NCBI RefSeq assembly: GCF_963921235.1
Contig: NC_086108.1
Coordinates: forward strand, 101,496,001 to 101,560,000
Reading direction: 5' to 3'
DNA length: 64,000 nt
DNA from: Mobula hypostoma
Lineage: Eukaryota
A program made the translations under genes and the position numbers. Shown piece by piece: positions 50,561 to 61,793 of this stretch (its first letter is position 1; every line of letters starts with the position of its first letter). The notes beneath the pieces are model-generated. The model was given only the letters and a program-made list of their open reading frames with translations, made no database searches and had not been told where the DNA came from.

Positions 50561-50684
50561 GTTACTTTGGTATGGTAATCGCTTTGCACATGACTGCAAG
50601 AAACTTCAGAAACTTGTAGAAGACACAACTCAGCACATTATGGAAACCAATCTCCCCTCCATGGACTCTGTCTATACTTCTCTC

Positions 50685-51842
50685 TGTCATAAGGTGTGCA
50701 TTGGGTGCGGACCCAAATGCAAAACACAGACACTGACGTACAAGGAACAGGACTAGGTTTATCGAGATACCAAGGTGAGTAAGGAAGAAATGACACTGGA
50801 TATTGACACAGGCCCTGGACGAGACTAGGATTCAGGGCCTGGGCTAGGGCTTGGACTAGAAACACGGGAACCTGGATGGGGAACTAGGAACAAGAAGCCT
50901 GGACTAGGAACATGGAACTCCGGAACCAGAGCCTGGACAAGGACCCAGAACCTGGGCTTGGTTGGGACTCAGAACCTGGGTTTTGACTCAGAAATGGAAC
51001 CCGGGTCTAGGCTAGGACTCAAGACTAGGATCTTGGCAAGGAGAGGACATGGCTACAGGACAGGTCAAGGTACCCCAGCACTGGGCTGGGCGAGGAACTC
51101 CTGGGCTGGGCAAGGCACCGAAACTAGATGAGGACACGAAGCTCAGATTTGGACCGGGCTGGAACACGGTGCCTGGACGGTCTTGGAACACAGGAATGCA
51201 GAGCCTTGAACTTGAACTGGACGCTCAGAGTCTTGGATGTGGACTGGACGAGGTACTCCAGGGCAGGACGTGGCTCTCGGACTAGGTTTGGCTCGGCTCT
51301 TGGGTACGGGGCCAGGACCCTTGCTGGGACGCAGGGCATGGATGACTGCTGAGGACACTTGCCGAGGTAAACTGCCGAGGATACTTGGACTGGATGAGGG
51401 GCTCCTGGACAGGAACACAGCGGCTGATACTTGGAACACAGAACACAGAACACAGAGCCGGGACCCCTCCTTGGGAACAGGACCTAGGGCCGGGACTCTT
51501 CTTTGATACGGACACTAAACACGGGGACACAAAGAGACAGTTCCAAACTCAACGATAGATAGTTCCTTATCTTGGTGTGGCAAGGCTCCAGTCTCACTCT
51601 GGCAGTTGAACTTAACAGGGATGCAGGCAAGGCTTCAGAAGGAAGGGGAAGGGAACAGTCCAGCAGGGAATCCTTGGTTTGAGAGGTATTTATGTGCCAG
51701 CCCGAAACGAGAATCAGGTGCCTCAATTAAGGCACCCAGTGGAACCCAGTGGCACCCAAGGGAAAACAGGAAAACCCGGAATAAGGAATCGACGGACCGG
51801 ACCGTGAACTGGAATGTAGACTTCACAGACCGGACTATGACA
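50685..51842 (-). mobile_element. Solo LTR (1158 bp) in a CLCA intron, inserted in a Rex1-like remnant
   Basis: TGTCATA...TATGACA termini; TSD ctctc/ctttc; internal degenerate tandem repeats. Orientation is inferred from a TATA-like cataaata at ~51690 on minus. Confidence 0.85.
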
Positions 51843-52374
51843 CTTTCTGCCTCAGTAAAGCAGCCAGCATAAACAAAGACCGCACCCACCCTTGATATTC
51901 GCTCATCTCACTCACCCATCATGCAAAAGATTATGGTTTTATCTTGTTCTACCTCAAAGCACTGTGTAATGACTTTAATCTGTGTGAATAGCACGTAGGA
52001 CAAACTTTTCACTGTATCTTGTGACATGAGACAACAATAAATAGAGAACAATAAATCAGGACCAGTTTTTTAAAGGTGAATAAATACTCTCTTATTGTCA
52101 CATGAACAACACTCAAAATTGGATTTTCACTTCAAATTTATAGGATTATTCTAATATGTGTGGTTGAATTAGATGGTCTGTAGGATGCGTATGAGTATCT
52201 GACAAATGTGTTTTAAGTATGGCAGGAGGTGTTTGTGACTGTGTAAGAGGCTTGGTGCTATTTGCCATCAGAATTTATTAACTGTGGTATAAAGGATACA
52301 GCATTGATTTCCTAGTAGGTTAGAGACAATTAAAGGTTCCAGCTTCAAAACTAGCAAAACATTGACTGAAGATC

Positions 52375-52710
52375 AACACTGTGACACAGCTAAAAGATCT
52401 GCTACAGCCATTCAGGTTCAATTATGAGCAGCAGTGCTCTCTGAGGAGTTTGCACGTTGTCTCTGCAACATTTCCTCTTGGTGCTCGTTTTCTTCCAAAT
52501 TCCAAAGATCTGCAAGTTGGGGATGATTATTTAGTACCATAAAATGCTCCTAGTTTGTAGATGACTGGCAAAATCTGGGGAGTGGTGTGCTCGGGTGGGG
52601 GAGTTGATGGGAATGTGGTAAGAGTAAAATAGGATTAGTGTAAACTAGTGCTTGATGGTCAGTGTAAACATTGTAGGTCAAAAAGCTTATTTCTTCATTG
52701 TATGACTATA
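52375..52710 (+). mobile_element. V-SINE/HE1-like SINE remnant
   Basis: ggttcaatt B-box-like, gaggagtttgcacgtt...tttcc...ggtgctc...ttccaaaga central domain. Confidence 0.55.
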
Positions 52711-52775
52711 GCTTCTTTAATTTACTTCACAACAGATACTTTCCTTTCAAGTATCTTAAGCCAAGCAACAATTAC

Positions 52776-53003
52776 CTGAACCTTGATCATAGTCACCTCC
52801 TGGTGCTGTCCATTCCAGCTTAATTTCATCTTTAACTATTGTTGCTCGAAGGTCTGTGATTTTACATGGTGGAAAATCAACAGGAGGGGGATCTGAGGGA
52901 AGTGAAATTGTTCCTCCTGCTTGAACCCTGTTGAAGTCTCCTGATGTGGTATTAACATGTGTTTCCTTAGCCTGAGGCTGTTGTGGAATTGCCTCAATAT
53001 TTC
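52776..53003 (-). CDS. CLCA: CLCA-family gene, penultimate coding exon (228 bp, phase 1/1)
   Basis: AG/GT sites (catttag|, |gtaat). Translates GNIEAIP...DFNRVQAGG...FPPCKITDLRA...LEWTAPGGDYDQG, a hallmark CLCA FnIII motif. Confidence 0.93.
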
Positions 53004-54098
53004 CTAAATGGAAAGAAAAGAAAACATACCACTTCAATCCTAACAGTGCATGCTTAACGACCTCCTCTTTATTAAAAATGACAAGGTAATTCCTGCCCAA
53101 ACTGCAGCTGATTGAGCAATTGCCACTTAATCAAGTCTGGTGACCATGCTATTGTATGTATTTGCAATTTTACTGATTTCTCCATCATTGCCGTATGGTG
53201 GAGAAATGATGCTTCCAAATAGCTGGTAGTTTATATATCTTTTTTAAAAAGTCTCCCTATGAATAGTTGTACATGTATTATGAATCTTAAGCTGGCTGGC
53301 ACTTTCTCATATTGTATAATAACAAATCTGGATAGACAGATTGATGAGGTCAGAAAAGATGTCTTTTTCCAATTTCTGCCGGGATCAATAAAGTATGACT
53401 ATGACTATTCTGCAAAAGGAGTCCACATGGTATTCTAAGAATAGAAGGGTTAAAAGCATTTTGCATCAGAGTAAAGGAGATGGCAGATTTAGTAATCCCA
53501 TACTCACAGAATCTGATTATATTCATCTTCTGTATCCTTCCTATTTAATGAAACCTTAAGAAAACAACTTGAGTCCCTTTAGGAACTAAGTGAAGTAAGT
53601 TTTATCATCCTAGTATGCACAGTCCAAGTTTATGCCCTCCTTGGGAGAGTCGTAGACTTATACACCATAAAAAAACCAGGGAAGATATTTGTCAGTCGTT
53701 GCAGCAACAAACAAGTTTTGGAATATCAATATCAATGGGATCAAATATTGAGAGAAGAATACATTGTCTATTGATACCCAAACTCTGATTAGCACTAGTA
53801 ACGAAATATAAATTTCTACTCCTTCTGTTTTATTATTCCTTCTATGAGAAGAAATTTCCACTCAGTTCAGTTTAGACAATATATTAAATGAAACAATTGT
53901 CATTACAGACACAGAACAGCTTCATATTTATATCAGTACGTGCATCAGGACAATCCTAGTCCTGGGTCCCTAACCCCTACACACATATAAGAGAACTTTA
54001 TATACATTGTAAGGATTGAATTAATATAGCTAATGTACTACTCAAAGTTTCACTGTGAAATTAGCAATTTTGACTTGTCGTTGCCAAATATTTATTAC

Positions 54099-54266
54099 CA
54101 TTTTTTGTATATCCTGGTATTGGCATGAGCAGTCCCTCCTTTTTTATTGTTATCCTTGTAGTACCTGCAGTTCCTTGTACACGCACTTTAACATTGTATC
54201 TTCCAGTTCCATTAAAGCTAAAGAAATACTTAGAATAAATCCCATCGTTCCTGACAATATCGGCAC
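54099..54266 (-). CDS. CLCA: CLCA-family gene, third-from-last coding exon (168 bp, phase 1/1)
   Basis: ccttcag| and |gtaat sites. Translates GADIVRNDGIYSKYF..NGTGRYNVKVRV...IPGYTKNG, matching the CLCA GAD..K.DG.YSRYF...GRYS.KV motif. Confidence 0.93.
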
Positions 54267-55109
54267 CTGAAGGCAAGGAAAAGTACATGGTTTCTGGTTG
54301 AGAAGAGTAAAGAATTGCAATATTGGACTAACATTGGGGCTATTTCGATAAGTGTAATAGAGATTTTTACCCTCACTAAATTCAATTCACAGCATTGCGG
54401 GTGTACACTCATTTCCAGGACTGTGGTGATTCAAAAAGGCAACTCAACACCACCTTCTCAAGACCAATTAGGAATGGGCCTTTAAATGCTGGCTCAGCCT
54501 TTGATGCCAACATCCCTTAAGAAAAGACTTGGCATCCCACGTAAAAGGTACCCCATTCATTCTGCCTTCTACTAATGCATAAAAACAGAAGTTTAACACA
54601 AGAGCAAATCTAACTCCTTACATTTAGAGTATGTTCACAGATAGCTGCTAAAAAGACTGCTGGAGGAACCCAGGGAGTTCAACAGCAGCTTCATGATGCT
54701 TGATGTTATTAAACAAAATAATTTTGGTTGATTTGGGGAGCAGATTCAAGGGGTCACATGAATTACTCTTGGTCCTTTTTCTTATAGTTACATTTCATCA
54801 AATGTTGAAAAGACCAGAGTATGCTGATAGTCAAGGTTGTGACTTTGCTGTGACTAAATCATTTGCATTTCTTCTGTCATCTAGGCACTTCATGTATTGG
54901 AGAATATCGTAGGACATAGATGCATGTCGATAGTGATTTCAGGATAAATGAGTCACATCTACCAAAACTTGGTTTGTAAAATTTTAAAACTTTGGTACAT
55001 TTGCACATATAGTTAATGCGCAGGAGGAATGTGGCAAAACTCAGCAAGACACAGTAGCATCATGGTTAGCACAATGCTTTACAGTACTTGCGAACCGGGT
55101 TCAATTCCT

Positions 55110-58100
55110 TCTAGGCCAGGTCTTCACGTGCTGCCGCTAGAGTCCCTGTTTCCCATTCCCTCACCACCACTCCTCAATCCTGTCTCTCTCAGGTCCCACC
55201 ATCATCTCCTGGGTCCTTGGAGACTCCATCTTCCTCTCACCCCACCATCCCTGAACATTCAAAACCTCCCTTCTCCTCAGACACCACCAACCACCTTCAC
55301 CTCCGGTCCCAGCCCTCATCCATGCCAGGTTTTCACCGTCCCCTCCGACCTTCCCCTCTCTGAGACAAAACGTTTTGTCCTCAGTAAGGGCCTCACTTTT
55401 GTTCCCCTGCACCCACACCTCAGTGAGCTCCGTGCCTGCCACGACGCTGAGCTCTTCTTCGCCACCTCTGTTTCCCAGCCTATTTCTTTGGCAAGGATTC
55501 CCCGCCTCGCACTAATGTCCCCTTCTCCCATCTCCAACCTCCCTCCTCTTCCTGGACACCCCACCCTGGTCTTCTGCCTGCTCTGGACCTTTTCATTGCC
55601 AAATGCTGACAGGACATTAATTGTCTAGACTTTAACACTCTTCTGTCCTACTCCAACCTCACTCCCTCCGAACACTTTGCTCTCCATACTAATCCTAACG
55701 TCACCATCAAACCGGCATATAAAGAGGGTGCTGTAGTAGTCTGGCAGATTGACCTCTACAGTGCTGAGGCCCAGCGGCAACTCTCAGACACCTCCTCTTA
55801 CTTATACCTCAAACAGGACCCCAGTAAGGAAGACCAGGCCATTGCCTCCCGCACCATCACCAACTTTATTGACTCTGGGGATCTCCCATCCACTGCCACC
55901 AACCTCATAGTTCCTGCACCCTGCACCTCCTTTTTCTACCTCCTACCCAAAATCCACAAACCTGCTTCTCCAGCTAGACCCATTGTTTCAGCTTGTTTCT
56001 ACCCTGCTGAACACATATCTTCATACCTCACCTCTATTTTATCCCCTCTGGGTCAGTCCCTTCCTACCTATAACTGTGACACCTCACACACTCTTGATCT
56101 TTTCAAGGATTTCAGGTTCCCTGGCCCCCATTACCTTATTTTCATTCTGGACATCCAGTCCTTATGCAGCTTCATCCCCCACCAGGATGGCCTCAAAATT
56201 CTCTGTTTCTTTCTGGACACCACCAGACCCAACCAGTTCCCCTCCACCACCACTCTCCTCCGCCTAGCGGAAATTGTCCTCACTCTAAATAATTTCTTCT
56301 TTGGGTCTTCCGACTTCCTTCAAACAAAAGGGGTAGCCATGGGCACTCACATGGGTCCCAGCTATGCCTTCCTGTCTGTCAGCCACGTGGAACAGTCTAT
56401 GTTCCAAGCCTACACTGGTGACCGTCCCACACTTTTCCTATCCTATATCTACGACTGCATTGGTGCTGCTTCCTGCACCCGTGCTGAACTCATTGATTTC
56501 ATCTGCTTTGCCTCCAACTTCCACCCGGCCCTCAAATTCACCTGGTCCATTTCTGACACTTCCCTTCTCTTTCTTGATCTCACTGTCGGTGGAGACAGCT
56601 TATCCACTGATGTCTATTATAAAGCAAGGGACTCTCGCAGCTACCTGGACTATACCTTGTCCCACCCTGCTACCTGTAAATACACCGTTCTCTTCTCCCA
56701 AATCTTCCATCTCAGCCGCATCTGCTCAGGGTGAGGTTTTTCATTCTAGAATGAAGGAGATGTCCTCCTTTTTCAAAGAAAGGGGCTTCCCTTCCTCCAC
56801 CATCAACACTGCCCTCAACCGCATCTCTTCCACTTCACACACAACTGCCCTTACCCCATCCTCCTGCCACGCTACCAGGGATAGGGCTCCTCTCGTCCTC
56901 ACCTACCACCCCACCAGCCTCCGCGTCTGGAACATAATTCTCTGAAACTTCCGCCACCTCGAACCGGTTTTCACCAGCAATCACATCTTTCCCTCCCCAC
57001 CACTTTCTGCCTTCCGCAGGGATCGCTCCCTATGCGACTCCCTTGTCCATTCGTCCGCCCCACTGATCTCCCTCCTGGCACTTTCCCTTGCAAGTGGAAA
57101 AAGTGCTTCACCTGCCCCTGCACCTCCTCCCTCACTACCATTCAGGGCTCCAAACAGTCCTTCCAGGTGAGGCAACCCTTCACCTGTGAGTATGTTTGGG
57201 TCACATTCTGTGTTCGGTGCTCCAGGTGTGGCCTCTTGTATATCGGTAAGTCCTGACGCAGATTGGGAGACTGCTTCACCGAACTTCTACGCTCCATCCG
57301 CTAGAACAAGCGGGATCTCCCAGTGGCCACCCATTTTAATTCCACTTCCTATTCCCATTCTGCTACGTCCAGCCATGGCCTCCTCCACTCGCGACAAGGC
57401 CACAGTTAGGTTGGAGGAACAACACCTTATAGAAAACATAGAAACATAGAAAATAGGTGCAGGAGTAGGCCATTTGGCCCTTCGAGCCTGCACTGCCATT
57501 CAGTATGATCATGGCTGATCATCCAACTCAGAACCCTGTACCAGCCTTCCCTCCATTTCCCCGATCCCTTTAGCCACAAGGGCCATATCTAACTTGCTCT
57601 TAAATATAGCCAATGAACTGGCCTCAACTGCTTCCTGTGGCAGAGAATTCCACAGATTCACCACTCTCTGTGTGAAGAAGTTTTTCCTCATCTCGGTCCT
57701 AAAAGGCTTCCCCTTTATCCTCAATCTGTGACCCCTCGTTCTGGACTTCCCCAACATCGGGAACAATCTTCCTGCATCTAGCCTGTCCAACCCCTTTAGG
57801 ATTTTATACGTTTCAATCAGATCCCCCCTCAATCTTCAAAACTCCAACAAGTATAAGCCTAGTTCATCCAATCTTTCATCATATGAAAGTCCTGCCATCC
57901 CAGGAATCAATCTGGTGAACCTTCTTTGTACTCCCTCTATGGCAAAGATGTCTTTCCTCAGATTAGGGGACCAAAACTGCACACAATACTCCAGGTGTGG
58001 TCTCACCAAGGCCTTGTAAAACTGCAGTAGTACCTCCCTGCTCCTGTACTCGAATCCTCTTGCTATAAATGCTAGCATACCATTCGCCTTTTTCACCGCC

Positions 58101-59075
58101 TGCTGTACCTGCATGCCCACTTTCAATGACTGGTGTATAATGACACCCAGGTCTCGTTGCACCTCCCCTTTTCCTAATCGGCCACCATTCAGATAATAAT
58201 CTGTTTTCCTATTTTTGCCACCAAAGTGGATAACTTCACATTTATCCACATTAAATTGCATTTGCCATGAATTTGCCCACTCACCTAACCTATCCAAGTC
58301 ACCCTGCATCCTCTTAGCATCCTCCTCACTGCTAACACTGCTGCCCAGCTTCGTGTCATCCGCAAACTTGCAGATGCTACATTTAATTCCCTCATTCAAG
58401 TCAATAATATATATTGTAAACAACTGGGGTCCCAGCACTGAGCCTTGCGGTACCCCACTAGTCACTGCCTGCCATCCTGAAAAGGTTCCGTTTATTCCCA
58501 CTCTTTGCTTCCTGTCTGCTAACCAATTCTCCACCCACACCAATACCTTACCCCCAATACCGTGGGCTTTAAGTTTGCACACTAATCTCCTGTGTGGGAC
58601 CTTGTCAAAAGCCTTTTGAAAATCCAAATATACCACATCCACTGGTTCTCCCCTATCCACTCTACTAGTTACATCCTCAAAAAATTCTATGAGATTCGTC
58701 AGACACGATTTTCCTTTCACAAATCCATGCTGACTTTGTCCGATGATTTCACCGCTTTCCAAGCCTTCAACTGATGGCATGAACATTGATTTCTCAAACT
58801 TCCGGTAATGCCTCCACCCCCTCATCCTTCATGCTCACCCATCGCCTCCCTCTGGTGCTCCTCCCACCCCCTTCTTCCATCTTCCATGGCCTTCTGTCTC
58901 TTTCACCCATCAACTTCCTAACTCTTTGCCTCCCCTTCCAAGTTTCACCTATCGCCTGGTGTTCCTTTCTCCCCTCTCCCCCATCTTTCAAATCTATTCC
59001 TCAGCTTTTTTTCTCCAGTCCTGCTGAAGGGTTTCAACTGTATTTTTTCCCATAGATCTGCCTGGCCTGCTGTGT
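55110..59075 (+). mobile_element. Degenerate near-full-length Penelope element, split by a CR1 at 57429-58763
   Basis: VLSKGLTFVP, FYLLPKIHK, MGTHMGPSYA, YIYD (degenerate YIDD), FHPALKFT and GIY-YIG motifs. Resumes at 58764 (ctgatggcatgaacattgat). Confidence 0.88.
57429..58763 (-). mobile_element. Young CR1, 5'-truncated, same subfamily as 61794-64000
   Basis: ORFs 57836-58825 and 57509-57832 are nearly identical in protein to the 697-aa ORF, with one frameshift; (tttctatg)n tail. Confidence 0.93.
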
Positions 59076-61180
59076 TCAGTGGAAAAAGCCTGCTTGTATT
59101 TACACCGTCTATGTACCTCATAATTTTTGTATACCTCTCCCCTCATTCTACTTTGCTCTAGGAAATAATGTCCATAAGGCCATAAGGTACAGGAGCAGAA
59201 GTAGGCCATTCGGTCCATCAAGTCTGCCCTGACATTTAATCATGGGCTGATCCAATTCTTTCGGTCATCCCCACTCCCCTGCTTTAACCCCATACCCTTT
59301 GATTCTCTGGCTAATCAAGAATCTATCTATCTCTGCCTTAATTATACCCAATGACTTGGCTTCCATAGCCACTTGTGGCAACAAATTACACAGATTTACC
59401 ACCTATGACTAAAGTAATTTCTCCGCATCTCAGTTCTAAAAGGTCGTCCTTCAATCCTGAAGCCATGCCTTCTTGTCCTAGAATCCCCTATCATGGGAAA
59501 TAACTTTGCCATATCTAATCTGTTTAGGCCTTTTAACATTCAGAATGTTTCTATGAGATCCCCCCTCATTCTCCTGAACTCCAGGGAATACAGCCCAAGA
59601 ACTGCCAGACTTTACTCATACGGTAACCCTTTTATTCCTGGATCATTCTTGTGAATCTTCTCTGAACCGACTCCAAAGTCAGTATATCCTTTATAAAATA
59701 AGGAGCTCAAAACTGCACACAATACTCCAAGTGTGGTCTCATGAGTGCCTTATAGAGCCTCAACATCACACCCCTGCTCTTATATTCTATACCTCTAGAA
59801 ATGAATGCCAACATTGCATTCACCTTCTTCACAACCGACTCAACCTGGAGGTTAACCTTTAGGGTATCTTGCATGTGTTGGTGCGTGGCCAAGTGGTTAA
59901 GGCGTCGGTCTAGTGATCTGAAGGTCACTAGTTCGAGCCTCAGCTGAGGCAGCGTATTGTGTCCTTGAGCAAGGCACTGCAATGACACCAGTGCCAGGCT
60001 GTATCAGCCCTAGTGCTCTTCCCTTGGACAACATCGGTGGTGTGGAGAGGGGAGACTTGCACCATGGGCAACTGCCGGTCTTCCATACAACCTAGCCCAA
60101 AGCCCTAGCTCACGAGAATAATGGATGCCTATATATATATCTTGCACCAGGACTCCCAGTCCCTTTGCAGCTCTGCATTTTGAATTCTCTCCCCATCTAA
60201 ATAATAGTCTGCACGTTTATTTCTTTCACCAAAGTGCATGACCACACACTTTCCAACATTGCATTTCATTTGCCACTCCTTTGCCAATTCCCCTAAACTA
60301 CCTAAGGGTTTTTGTTTCCTCAACTCTGCTCGCTCCTCCACCTATCTTTAGATCATCGGCAAATTTAGCCACAAATCCATTAATACCATCGTCCAAATCA
60401 TTGACATACATCGTAAAAAGCAGTGGTCCCAACACCAACCCCAGTGGAACTCCACTGGTAACTGGCAGCCAGCCAGAATAGAATCCCTTTATTCCCACTC
60501 TGTTTTCTGCCAACCAGCCAATGCACCACCCACACTAGTAAATTCCCTGCAATTCCATGGGCTCTTTTCTTGCTAAACAGCCTCATGTGCAGCACCTTGT
60601 CAAAGGCCTTCTGAAATTCCAAGTACACCACCTGTTTACGCTGCTTGTAATTTCCTCAAAGAATTGCAGTAGGTTTGACAGGCAGGATTTTCCTTTCAAG
60701 AAACCATCCTGGCTTTGGCCTATTCTATTCAATCTTTGACTGTAACTCAGGTCGTCAAGTCCTGGCAAAATCCTTGTAAATTTTTCCAGTACTCTCTCAA
60801 TATTATTGATATATTCCCTGTAGACAGGTGACCAGAAATACACACAATACTCCAAATTAGGCCTCACTAATGTCTTGTACAACTCCAACATTACATTCTA
60901 ACTCCTGCCTCAATACTTTGATTTATGAAGATCAATGTGCCCAATCCTATCCACTTGTGTTACCACTTTCAAACAATTATAGATCTGTATTCTGTGTACC
61001 CAGGTATGTCTGCCCAAAGTGCAACACCTTATACTTGTCAGCATTAAAGTCCATCTGCCAATTTTCAGTCAATTTTTCCAGCTGGTCCACTTCCTGCTGC
61101 AAATTTTGATAACCTTGCTCACTTTCCACTACATCCCCAATCTTGGTGTCATCTGTAAGTTTGCTAATCCAGTTTACCAT
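59076..61180 (-). mobile_element. Nested older CR1 fragments
   Basis: RPHLEYCVQF, KFADD, FQKAFDKV and RPNLEYCV motifs in short ORFs. Confidence 0.8.
59874..60137 (+). mobile_element. tRNA-derived SINE with 9-bp TSD
   Basis: A box TGGCCAAGTGG, B box AGTTCGAGCC, tgtgtccttgagcaaggcac body, (ta)n tail; TSD tatcttgca (59865-59873 and 60138-60146). Confidence 0.88.
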
Positions 61181-61289
61181 TGAGGAGGTGACTTATTCTC
61201 AGTAAAATAATGAACAGAAATTTCTGAATGTCAGCTTCTGCTCGAATGCACAATAACCTTTGTTGTTTATTGTTCTCCATTGATATTTG

Positions 61290-61790
61290 TAAGATGGAGG
61301 GAATTGCTGAGGACAAGGTTGTAGATGTGGTGTACATGGACTTTAACAAGACTTTTGATAAGCTCCTGTATGGTAGGTTGGTGTGGAAGGTCAGATCATC
61401 TTCAATCCAATGTGAACCAGTCAAGTGGATGCACATCACACTTGCCGGTGATAATAAACCTGATTCTGATTCCGAAATTGGCTTGGTGAAAGGAGACAGA
61501 TAGGGTTAATGGAGGGTTGTTAATCCGATTAGAGGTCTGTGACCAGTGCTGTTCCACAGAGACTGGTACAGGGCCACAGTTGTTTATCATCTTTATTAAT
61601 GACTTAAATGGTAGTGTTGTTAACATGCAGGTGACACAAAAGTTGGTGATTCAGTGGACAGTGAAGAAAATTATACAATTTTAAAAGTGGAACAACTTGG
61701 GAAACTTGCCAGAGAATGGCAAATGTAATTTAAGACGGACAAGTATAAGGAACTGCATTTTGGTAAGTAAAATCGGGGAAAAACTTACAC
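61290..61790 (+). mobile_element. Old CR1 RT remnant
   Basis: VDVVYMDFNKTFDK motif. Confidence 0.65.
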
Positions 61791-61793
61791 AAT

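Noticed and set aside
50800..51500. CRISPR-like or coding tandem repeat array
   Set aside because: The short units are irregular and degenerate, lie inside an LTR, have no constant repeat-spacer period, and the context is eukaryotic.
59878..59950. tRNA gene
   Set aside because: It lacks a proper acceptor stem and continues into a SINE body with a TSD.
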